Origin: Antedon mediterranea
Taxonomy: Eukaryota > Animalia > Echinodermata
Direction: 5' to 3'
Assembly (NCBI RefSeq): GCF_964355755.1
Contig: NC_092673.1
Span: forward strand, 16,402,948-16,466,947
Length of the DNA stretch: 64,000 nt
The position numbers and the translations under genes are program-made. Under the pieces are notes generated by a model that had not been told where the DNA came from, ran no database searches, and saw only the letters and a program-made list of their open reading frames with translations. Of this stretch, positions 39,224-49,500 are shown piece by piece (the stretch's first letter is position 1; the number at the start of each line of letters is the position of its first letter).

Positions 39224-41005
39224 TTAAATATAAATGTGGTAGGACGGAACATGAATTGGATTTGGACTGATAGAAGGAAAGGATTCCAGAGCCGCTGTAA
39301 ATTTTTTCCTTGATAAAAGATCCGCCAACACGTTATCTACTCCAGGAATATGCATTGCACGGAATTGTATGTTATACTGGAGGCATATAAGTACTAACCG
39401 CCGAATAAGACGCATAAGCGTTTTGTCTTTAGCAGATTTCTTATTGATAACAGCCACAACAGCTGAATTATCACAACGAAACAAAATGCGGCGATTAGCG
39501 AGCTCATGCCCCCATATTTCTAGGGCAATAACAATTGGAAATAACTCCAAAACAGCGATCGAAAAACCTACAAAGTCAGACCCCCAGTCGATGTAAAACC
39601 ATCTGTCGCAAAATACTGCGGTGCAACCAAAAGACGCAGCTGCATCGGAGAATAAGCGCAGTGTCCAAGAATTTAGCCATTTTTCTGGAAGGATAAGGGC
39701 TTTTCCATTAAAAGATTCAAGGAATGTTAGCCATATCCGCAAATCGTCCTTAACTCCATGAGTTAAGCAAATGAAATGAGATGGATGTTTAGCTAATGAC
39801 AGGAGGTTTATCATACGGCGTAAAAACGCCCTACCCGGCACTACCACACTACAAGCGTAATTAAGCAGGCCAACCATTGATTGCATATCGCGCAGTGTGA
39901 CTTTTTTTCTATTTAAAAATTCAGTTATTTTTGTTACAGTTTTTGTAATCTTAGGTAACGGGAGGCGACATTCCATCAAGACTGTGTCCACCTCAATCCC
40001 GTATATTGTAATGACATTAGTCGGAGTTACAGTCTTAGACGCCTTTATAGGAACCCCGATCTTGTCGCAAAGATATAAAAATTGAGACAGTGCGTTGTGG
40101 CAGTCATTAGAATCTTTTGGGCCGACGAAGAAAAAATCATCCAGAATATGGGATACATCCCTTACATTAAATTTATTACGCAGTATCCATACTAACGCTT
40201 TACTAAATGATTCGAAAATATTGCATGAGCGACTGGCGCCCATAGGCAGACACCGGCCATAAAAGAACCTGCCGTCCCAAGAAAACCCCAGCAAATGGTA
40301 ATCATCTGGGTGAATAGGGATAATTCTGAAGGCGTCTTCTATGTCGGTCTTAGACATTAATGCCCTAGGTCCATTTTTTAATACTAATCTAACTACATCA
40401 TCGATTGTGTCGTAGGAAACCTGTGAAACATCATGTGGAATCCCTGAGTTGACCGAAGCCCCCCGGGGGTACGACATGTCCTGGATAATGCGATATTTGC
40501 CTAATTCAGCTTTGGGAACAACACCCAATGGCGAGGAGATAAATTTATCAAACGGAGGGGACTCGAAAGGGCCAGCCAATCTACCGAGTCGTAAACCATT
40601 AGAAATAAATTCTTCTATCTGTATCGGGTGATCGAGGGCACTTGGATGGTTGCGGGCGATGCCCGAAACCGGGGGCTTTAAACAGAGGAGACGGAATCTA
40701 AACGAGAAACCGACTAACAATTCGTTAAACAATTCGTGTGTATACCCTGTTAAATACCTTGAAAGTTCATTTATTACCACTGGCGTTGGTAGATGGGTTT
40801 GCTCGAGTGCCGGTTTGACGACTTGTCGTTCGTGGTTTATTGCATTGAATTCTGGGGTGTGGTTGACGGCAGTCGGTACACAGATGTGAGAAGCGGCATG
40901 TGGGGGCGTGGCATTGCTTCCCAGCATTAAATTTGAAACATATCTGTTGGCCACAAAAATTATGCTGCCCCTGTGGACGAGAGTTAGGTCTGAAAGAAGA
41001 TACAT
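39224..41005 (-). CDS. Reverse transcriptase-RNase H (DIRS/Ngaro type), 593-aa ORF
   Basis: SPLGVVPK, YRIIQDMS, KTDIEDAFR, LPMG, HILDDFF; RNase H FSDAA, LELFPI, CDN, NVLADLLSR. Confidence 0.95.
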   Translation of the reverse strand: MYLLSDLTLVHRGSIIFVANRYVSNLMLGSNATPPHAASHICVPTAVNHTPEFNAINHERQVVKPALEQTHLPTPVVINELSRYLTGYTHELFNELLVGFSFRFRLLCLKPPVSGIARNHPSALDHPIQIEEFISNGLRLGRLAGPFESPPFDKFISSPLGVVPKAELGKYRIIQDMSYPRGASVNSGIPHDVSQVSYDTIDDVVRLVLKNGPRALMSKTDIEDAFRIIPIHPDDYHLLGFSWDGRFFYGRCLPMGASRSCNIFESFSKALVWILRNKFNVRDVSHILDDFFFVGPKDSNDCHNALSQFLYLCDKIGVPIKASKTVTPTNVITIYGIEVDTVLMECRLPLPKITKTVTKITEFLNRKKVTLRDMQSMVGLLNYACSVVVPGRAFLRRMINLLSLAKHPSHFICLTHGVKDDLRIWLTFLESFNGKALILPEKWLNSWTLRLFSDAAASFGCTAVFCDRWFYIDWGSDFVGFSIAVLELFPIVIALEIWGHELANRRILFRCDNSAVVAVINKKSAKDKTLMRLIRRLVLICLQYNIQFRAMHIPGVDNVLADLLSRKKFTAALESFPSISPNPIHVPSYHIYI

Positions 41006-41717
41006 TCCCTAACGAAGCCAGTTTTAACATAAGCTCTGGGTGAAGCACATCCCAATTTAAAGGCCTGCCCTGTCGTGCTTTGCGAAAACTTTCGTCATAG
41101 GTCCGCCAGTTCAGGTTCCCCAAAGCATGTAATTCTAGTATGTTGTTGACATATTTAAGCATAGGCAAACATTGAGCAGGCGATTTTTCAACAAATATGG
41201 ACACGTATATTGTAACTGCCCGCATCCATTCAGTAATTGTGATTAACTTTTTCTTACTGTTGTCTGTCTCTACACGGAGTTGTTTATCAATAATTGATAA
41301 CGAGACCCCAGTAGTATCATTGTCGTTATTGATCAGAGTCCTGAGGTCAATGTATCCATTTGCCCATATTTTATTTTTAACCGATAGTGGCACATTACTG
41401 CCCAGAGCAATCGAGTCAGTCATTGTTATGTCGGCCCGAGACGGCTCACCTTCAAAGAGATCGTTTACAAACGCGTCCAATGGCTGAGCCTGTGTGGCAT
41501 TATTCACAGTCAAGGATGTGGTAGCGGCTTGAGATGTTAGAAGACTGCCGCCTGGTGTCATGGGGCCAGTTGCCTCGCCCGCCTTCAATACCTTCGCAAC
41601 TTCAGCCGCCAGTTTGGCGTAGTCTAGTGGTGGGGTCTCTTTGTTCGCCGTTGCCTTCTTCCTAGTGGTTTTTGGGACCGCAGCCGACGCTGTACGGCCT
41701 CTTGGAGCTTTCGGCAT
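40767..41717 (-). CDS. Gag-like ORF, 316 aa
   Basis: KIWANGYIDLRTL, WRTYDESFR, and a C-terminal CFKFN..C...CRFSHLCTDC..H...C zinc finger typical of Ngaro/DIRS gag; overlaps the RT ORF. Confidence 0.9.
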   Translation of the reverse strand: MPKAPRGRTASAAVPKTTRKKATANKETPPLDYAKLAAEVAKVLKAGEATGPMTPGGSLLTSQAATTSLTVNNATQAQPLDAFVNDLFEGEPSRADITMTDSIALGSNVPLSVKNKIWANGYIDLRTLINNDNDTTGVSLSIIDKQLRVETDNSKKKLITITEWMRAVTIYVSIFVEKSPAQCLPMLKYVNNILELHALGNLNWRTYDESFRKARQGRPLNWDVLHPELMLKLASLGNVSSFRPNSRPQGQHNFCGQQICFKFNAGKQCHAPTCRFSHLCTDCRQPHPRIQCNKPRTTSRQTGTRANPSTNASGNK

Positions 41718-41864
41718 TTATACCTGTATAGAAATCAAAGAAACACCTCTGATGGTTAGAAATGAAAAACATGGTTGACACATTGACTACTGAAAAGCGG
41801 AGTTAAATTTGTAACAATCGTCCGGTTTCCATAGTATGTGCTATATCCATGGTCCGCCTGAAAT

Positions 41865-42776
41865 TCACCGGACTGAGAACAAGAGGATGTGTCCAAAGCC
41901 CGAATGCCACAAGGCAAACATTAGGCCCGAAGGCAAGCATAAGGCCCGAGGGCAAGCATAAGGCCCGAGGGCAAGCATAAGGCCCAAGGGCAAGCATAAG
42001 GCCCGAAGGCAAACATAAGGCCCGAAGGCAAACATAAGGCCCGAAGGCAAACACAGGGCCCGAAGGCAAACACAGGGCCCGAAGGCAAACATTAGTCCCG
42101 AAGGCCAAAATTCTTGCCCGAAGGCAAAATATGTGGAGTTTCTGAACCTCTTTATATAAATTGAAATTAAAACTACTGGCCTTAAAATTTTTTCTGCATG
42201 TAGAATAGCTTGTCGGACGCTACGTGCGTACCGATACATCCCTGACGATCGGCCATTTGAAGAACTTCTGTTAAGATGTACGCCATCGGCGTGAATATGG
42301 GACCAGTCGTTCCACAGGCCTCTGTGATGCCAATATGTTACACATGCATCATCGGCATAATTCACCTGAAGTCGACGGTTAATGTCCACAACAGAGTCGT
42401 TGAAGTTAGAGCTTACCCGACTGGGGTGCCGCTTTAACAGCTGGCTAACCACAATATGTTTACACTCCAGTCCAAATTTAAGGTAGTCAATTAAATTATC
42501 GAGTTTGTTCATAATAAAATCATTAGATCGTTTCACAATGTCATTCTCTCCTAGATGAACGTAAACGATATCTTTCGGCGTAGACCATCCCTTAAGCAGA
42601 TCAGGGAATTTGTATGCCGTTGCACCTCCGCGTGAATAATACTTGACATCGTTCAAACTTGCATCTAGGCGTAAAGCAAAGAATTCGCGTTCGCTGGTAT
42701 AGCATTCCAACCGGCGTACAAACGAGTGTCCAACAAGACCTATTCTACATGTCGGGAAGGCAATTTTGTAACACAA
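41865..42776 (-). CDS. SGNH/GDSL hydrolase ORF of the YR element
   Basis: Blocks GHSF, RGG, HLGENDI, DGVHLN; no ATG before block I; C-terminus reads through a 19-bp repeat. Confidence 0.85.
   Translation of the reverse strand: MCYKIAFPTCRIGLVGHSFVRRLECYTSEREFFALRLDASLNDVKYYSRGGATAYKFPDLLKGWSTPKDIVYVHLGENDIVKRSNDFIMNKLDNLIDYLKFGLECKHIVVSQLLKRHPSRVSSNFNDSVVDINRRLQVNYADDACVTYWHHRGLWNDWSHIHADGVHLNRSSSNGRSSGMYRYARSVRQAILHAEKILRPVVLISIYIKRFRNSTYFAFGQEFWPSGLMFAFGPCVCLRALCLPSGLMFAFGPYVCLRALCLPLGLMLALGPYACPRALCLPSGLMFALWHSGFGHILLFSVR
41898..42128 (-). repeat. 19-bp tandem repeat, 11-12 copies (sense TTATGTTTGCCTTCGGGCC)
   Basis: Seen directly. Confidence 0.95.
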
Positions 42777-42974
42777 ATTTTTGAATTAAACTTACACAAT
42801 GAGTGCACAAACTATTGTTTCTACTTACAATTGTTAAAAACCTTGTGAAATAAAGACACAAACACCTGTGCAGGTATAATCTTTAAAACGAAAATTCTTT
42901 AAATCTTTAAACACGTCTACTCCGGATGGATGCTAAAAGCGAAAGGACACATACACCACGCGGATGTATCAAAT

Positions 42975-43030
42975 TCCCCACGTTACCCGCCGCAGCCCAC
43001 CACGTGATGACGTAGAGCCCCGCCCTCCTG
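42975..43030 (-). promoter_or_regulatory. Candidate internal Pol II promoter of the YR element
   Basis: Clustered GC box (GGGCGG), CRE-like TGACGT and E-box CACGTG within ~70 bp of the 5' end; motif match only. Confidence 0.4.
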
Positions 43031-43589
43031 CGGCACAAATTCATCTTTCTACCCAGGCTCGAAAAATGTGTTTTAAGAAATTTAATTTCCTCATTGTAGA
43101 AACAAACCTATTTTGAGTAAGAAATAGGAAAATATGAAACTAGAGAACTAAAAGAGGATAAATTATGTGTTTACTAATTTTGCTCTAGATAACATACTCA
43201 ATTTTTGACAATTTCATAGCTACAACAATTTTTTGTCAGAAATTTTTCTTATGAAAGAAAGTACTGGAGTTGATCATGAATTATGTTTCATCCCAGAATC
43301 TTTTCAGCCAGGATTGTTTTTGTATTTGAGAAAAATGTTATGCAGATTTTCAACAAGCTTACATTGAAAAAAACAAGGGGTTTGATTATTATTAATGACT
43401 TGCTTTGTGTTTGTCTTATACTGTTTGCCTGTTTCCTCTAGATACAGGCAAACAAATCCTATCAAAATCATTAGGGCCTATCATTAGTTTAATATTATTT
43501 TTATTAACTTTGTATTTAAACAAAAGATAAAGTAAAAATCATCTGATTGTTTGAAACATGTATAAAGGTTATAGAAATGTTTGGTTATT

Positions 43590-46500
43590 ACTATATGATC
43601 CATTTATTACTAGACTAATATGCACTGCTTCCCCAGGGCTGTTAGTCAGGGTATTTGTGTGGGGTATTGTACTATTACTTTATGATCCATTTATTAATAG
43701 ACTAAAATGCACTGCTTCCCCAGGGCTGTTAGACAGGGTATTTGTGTGGGGGTATTGTACTACCTTACTTTATGATCCATTTATTAATAGACTAAAATGC
43801 ACTGCTTCCCAGCAGGGCTGTAATAGTCAGGGTATTTGTGTGGGGTATTGTACTGCCTTACTTTATGCTCCATTTATTAATAGACTAAAATGCACTGCTT
43901 CCCCAGGGCTGTTAGTCAGGGTATTTGTGTGGGGTATTGTACTACCTTACTTTATGATCCATTTATTAATAGACTAAAATGCACTTCTTCCCCAGGGCTG
44001 TTAGACAGGGTATTTGTGTGGGGTATTGTACTACCTTACTTTATGATCCATTTATTAATAGACTAAAATGCACTGCTTCCCCAGGGCTGTTAGACAGGGT
44101 ATTTGTGTGGGGTATTGTACTACCTTACTTTATGATCCATTTATTAATAGACTAAAATGCACTGCTTCCCCAGGGCTGTTAGTCAGTGTATTTGTGTGGG
44201 GTATTGTACTACCTTACTTTATGATCCATTTATTAATAGACTAAAATGCACTTCTTCCCTAGGGCTGTTAGTCAGGGTATTTGTGTGGGGTATTGTACTA
44301 CCTTACTTTATGATCCATTTATTAATAGACTAAAATGCATTGCTTCCCCAGGGCTGTTAGTCAGTGTATTTGTGTGGGGTATTGTACTACCTTACTTTAT
44401 GATCCATTTATTAATAGACTAAAATGCACTTCTTCTCCAGGGCTGTTAGTCAGGGTATTTGTGTGGGGTATTGTACTACCTTACTTTATGATCCATTTAT
44501 TAATAGACTAAAATGCACTGCTTCCCCAGGGCTGTTAGTCAGTGTATTTGTGTGGGGTATTGTACTACCTTACTTTATGATCCATTTATTAATAGACTAA
44601 AATGCACTTCTTCCCCAGGGCTGTTAGTCAGGGTATTTGTGTGGGGTATTGTACTACCTTACTTTATGATCCATTTATTAATAGACTAAAATGCATTGCT
44701 TCCCCAGAGCTGTTAGTCAGGGTATTTGTGTGGGGTATTGTACTACCTTACTTTATGATCCATTTATTAATAGACTAAAATGCACTGCTTCCCCAGGGCT
44801 GTTAGTCAGGGTATTTGTGTGGGGTATTGTACTACCTTACTTTATGATCCATTTATTAATAGACTAAAATGCACTGCTTCCCCAGGGCAGTTAGTCAGGG
44901 TATTTGTGTGGGGTATTGTACTACCTTACTTTATGATCCATTTATTAATAGACTAAAATGCACTTCTTCCCCGGGGCTGTTAGTCAGGGTATTTGTGTGG
45001 GGTATTGTACTACCTTACTTTATGATCCATTTATTAATAGACTAAAATGCACTGCTTTCCCAGGGCTGTTAGTCAGGGTATTTGTGTGGGGTATTGTACT
45101 ACCTTACTTTATGATCCATTTATTAATAGACTAAAATGCACTGCTTTCCCAGGGCTGTTAGTCAGGGTATTTGTGTGGGGTATTGTACTACCTTACTTTA
45201 TGATCCATTTATTAATAGACTAAAATGCACTGCTTCCCCAGGGCTGTTAGTCAGGGTATTTGTGTGGGGTATTGTACTACTTTACTTTATGATCCATTTA
45301 TTAATAGACTAAAATGCACTGCTTCCCCAGGGCTGTTAGTCAGGGTATTTGTGTGGGGTATTGTACTACCTTACTTTATGATCCATTTATTAATAGACTA
45401 AAATGCACTGCTTCCCCAGGGCTGTTAGTCAGGGTATTTGTGTGGGGTATTGTACTACCTTACTTTATGGTCCATTTATTAATAGACTAAAATGCACTGC
45501 TTCCCCAGGGCTGTTAGTCAGGGTATTTGTGTGGGGTATTGTACTACCTTACTTTATGATCCATTTATTAATAGACTAAAATGCACTGCTTCCCCAGGCC
45601 TGTTAGTCAGGGTATTTGTGTGGGGTATTGTACTACCTTACTTTATGATCCATTTATTAATAGACTAAAATGCACTGCTTCCCCAGGGCTGTTAGTCAGG
45701 GTATTTGTGTGGGGTATTGTACTATTACTTTATGATCCATTTATTAATAGACTAAAATGCACTGCTTCCCCAGGGCTGTTAGACAGGGTATTTGTGTGGG
45801 GGTATTGTACTACCTTACTGTATGATCCATTTATTAATAGACTAAAATGCACTGCTTCCCAGCAGGGCTGTAATAGTCAGGGTATTTGTGTGGGGTATTG
45901 TACTGCCTTACTTTATGCTCCATTTATTAATAGACTAAAATGCACTGCTTCCCCAGGGCTGTTAGTCAGGGTATTTGTGTGGGGTATTGTACTACTACCT
46001 TACTTTATGATCCATTTATTAATAGACTAAAATGCACTGCTTCCCCAGGGCTGTTAGTCAGGGTATTTGTGTGGGTATTGTACTACCTTACTTTATGATC
46101 CATTTATTAATAGACTAAAATGCACTGCTTCCCCAGGGCTGTTAGTCAGGGTATTTGTGTGGGGTATTGTACTACCTTACCTTATGATCCATTTATTAAT
46201 AGACTAAAATGCACTGCTTCCCCAGGGCTGTTGAGTCAGGGTATATGTGTGGGGTATTGTACTATCTTACTTTATGATCCATTTATTAATAGACTAAAAT
46301 GCACTGCTTCCCCAGGGCTGTTAGTCAGGGTATTTGTGTGGGGTATTGTACTACCTTACCTTATGATCCATTTATTAATAGACTAAAATGCACTGCTTCC
46401 CCAGGGCTGTTAGTCAGGGTATTTGTGTGGGGTATTGTACTACCTTACTTTATGATCCATTTATTAATAGACTAAAATGCACTGCTTCCCCAGGGCTGTT

Positions 46501-49500
46501 AGTCAGGGTATTTGTGTGGGGTATTGTACTACCTTACTTTATGATCCATTTATTAATAGACTAAAATGCACTGCTTCCCCAGGGCTGTTAGTCAGGGTAT
46601 TTGTGTGGGGTATTGTACTTCCTTACTTTATGATCCATTTATTAATAGACTAAAATGCACTGCTTCCCCAGGGCTGTTAGTCAGGGTATTTGTGTGGGGT
46701 ATTGTACTACCTTACTTTATGATCCATTTATTAATAGACTAAATGCACTGCTTCCCCAGGGCTGTTAGTCAGGGTATTTGTGTGGGATATTGTACTACCT
46801 TACTTTATGATCCATTTATTAATAGACTAAAATGCACTGCTTCCCCAGGGCTGTTGAGTCAGGGTATTTGTGTGGGGTATGGTACTACCTTACTTTATGA
46901 TCCATTTATTAATAGACTAAAATGCACTGCTTCCCCAGGGCTGTTAGTCAGGGTATTTGTGTGGGGTATTGTACTACCTTACTTTATGATCCATTTATTA
47001 ATAGACTAAAATGCACTGCTTCCCCAGGGCTGTTAGTCAGGGTATTTGTGTGGGGTATTGTACTACCTTACTTTATGATCCATTTATTAATAGACTAAAA
47101 TGCACTGCTTCCCCAGGGCTGTTAGTCAGGGTATTTGTGTGAGGTATTGTACTACCTTACTTTATGATCCATTTATTAATAGACTAAAATGCACTGCTTC
47201 CCCAGGGCTGTTAGTCAGGGTATTTGTGTGGGGTATTGTACTACCTTACTTTATGATCCATTTATTAATAGACTAAAATGCACTGCTTCCCCAGGGCTGT
47301 TAGTCAGGGTATTTGTGTGGGGTATTGTACTACCTTACTTTATGATCCATTTATTAATAGACTAAAATGCACTGCTTCCCCAGGGCTGTTAGTCAGGGTA
47401 TTTGTGTGGGGTATTGTACTACCTTACTTTATGATCCATTTATTAATAGACTAAAATGCACTGCTTCCCCAGGGCTGTTAGTCAGGGTATTTGTGTGGGG
47501 TATTGTACTTCCTTACTTTATGATCCATTTATTAATAGACTAAAATGCACTGCTTCCCCAGGGCTGTTAGTCAGGGTATTTGTGTGGGGTATTGTACTAC
47601 CTTACTTTATGATCCATTTATTAATAGACTAAATGCACTGCTTCCCCAGGGCTGTTAGTCAGGGTATTTGTGTGGGATATTGTACTACCTTACTTTATGA
47701 TCCATTTATTAATAGACTAAAATGCACTGCTTCCCCAGGGCTGTTGAGTCAGGGTATTTGTGTGGGGTATGGTACTACCTTACTTTATGATCCATTTATT
47801 AATAGACTAAAATGCACTGCTTCCCCAGGGCTGTTAGTCAGGGTATTTGTGTGGGATATTGTACTACCTTACTTTATGATCCATTTATTAATAGACTAAA
47901 ATGCACTGCTTCCCCAGGGCTGTTGAGTCAGGGTATTTGTGTGGGGTATGGTACTACCTTACTTTATGATCCATTTATTAATAGACTAAAATGCACTGCT
48001 TCCCCAGGGCTGTTAGTCAGGGTATTTGTGTGGGATATTGTACTACCTTACTTTATGATCCATTTATTAATAGACTAAAATGCACTGCTTCCCCAGGGCT
48101 GTTGAGTCAGGGTATTTGTGTGGGGTATTGTACTACCTTACTTTATGATCTATTTATTAATAGACTAAAATGCACTGCTTCCCAGCAGGGCTGTTAGACA
48201 GGGTATTTGTGTGGGGTATTGTACTACCTTACTTTATGATCCATTTATTAATAGACTAAATGCACTGCTTCCCCAGGGCTGTTAGTCAGGGTATTTGTGT
48301 GGGGTATTGTACTACCTTACTTTATGATCCATTTATTAATAGATTAAAATGCACTGCTTCCCCAGGGCTGTTAGTCAGGGTATTTGTGTGGGGTATTGTA
48401 CTACCTTACTTTATGATCCATTTATTAATAGACTAAAATGCACTGCTTCCCCAGGGCTGTTAGTCAGGGTATTTGTGTGGGGTATTGTACTACCTTACTT
48501 TATGGTCCATTTATTAATAGACTAAAATGCACTGCTTCCCCAGGGCTGTTAGACAGGGTATTTGTGTGGGGTATTGTAATACCTTACTTTATGATCCATT
48601 TATTAATAGACTAAAATGCACTGCTTCCCCAGGGCTGTTAGTCAGGGTATTTGTGTGGGGTATTGTACTACCTTACTTTATGATCCATTTATTAATAGAC
48701 TAAAATGCACTGCTTCCCCAGGGCTGTTAGACAGGGTATTTGTGTGGGGTATTGTAATACCTTACTTTATGATCCATTTATTAATAGACTAAAATGCACT
48801 GCTTCCCCAGGCCTGTTAGTCAGGGTATTTGTGTGGGGTATTGTACTACCTTACTTTATGATCCATTTATTAATAGACTAAAATGCACTTCTTCCCCAGG
48901 GCTGTTAGTCAGGGTATTTGTGTGGGGTATTGTACTACCTTACCTTATGATCCATTTATTAATAGACTAAAATGCACTGCTTCCCCAGGGCTGTTAGTCA
49001 GGGTATTTGTGTGGGGTATTGTACTACCTTACCTTATGATCCATTTATTAATAGACTAAAATGCACTGCTTCCCCAGGGCTGTTAGTCAGGGTATTTGTG
49101 TGGGATATTGTACTACCTTACTTTATGGTCCATTTATTAATAGACTAAAATGCACTGCTTCCCCAGGGCTGTTAGTCAGGGTATTTGTGTGGGGTATTGT
49201 ACTACCTTACTTTATGATCCATTTATTAATAGACTAAAATGCACTGCTTCCCCAGGGCTGTTAGTCAGGGTATTTGTGTGGGGTATTGTACTACCTTACC
49301 TTATGATCCATTTATTAATAGACTAAAATGCACTGCTTCCCCAGGGCTGTTAGTCAGGGTATTTGTGTGGGGTATTGTACTACCTTACCTTATGATCCAT
49401 TTATTAATAGACTAAAATGCACTGCTTCCCCAGGGCTGTTAGTCAGGGTATTTGTGTGGGATATTGTACTACCTTACTTTATGGTCCATTTATTAATAGA

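Larger units (their letters stand above)
37775..43070 (-). mobile_element. Near-intact Ngaro-like YR retrotransposon (SGNH hydrolase, gag, RT-RNaseH, YR)
   Basis: Boundaries are defined by the empty paralogous site at ~55750, with TTTTA at both junctions. Four ORFs on the minus strand; no methyltransferase domain. Confidence 0.92.

Noticed and set aside
39369-41487. Plus-strand ORFs within the YR element
   Set aside because: Antisense shadows of RT and gag with no recognisable motifs.
41803-42108. 101-aa ORF MAFGTNVCLRAL...
   Set aside because: Alternative-frame translation of the 19-bp repeat.
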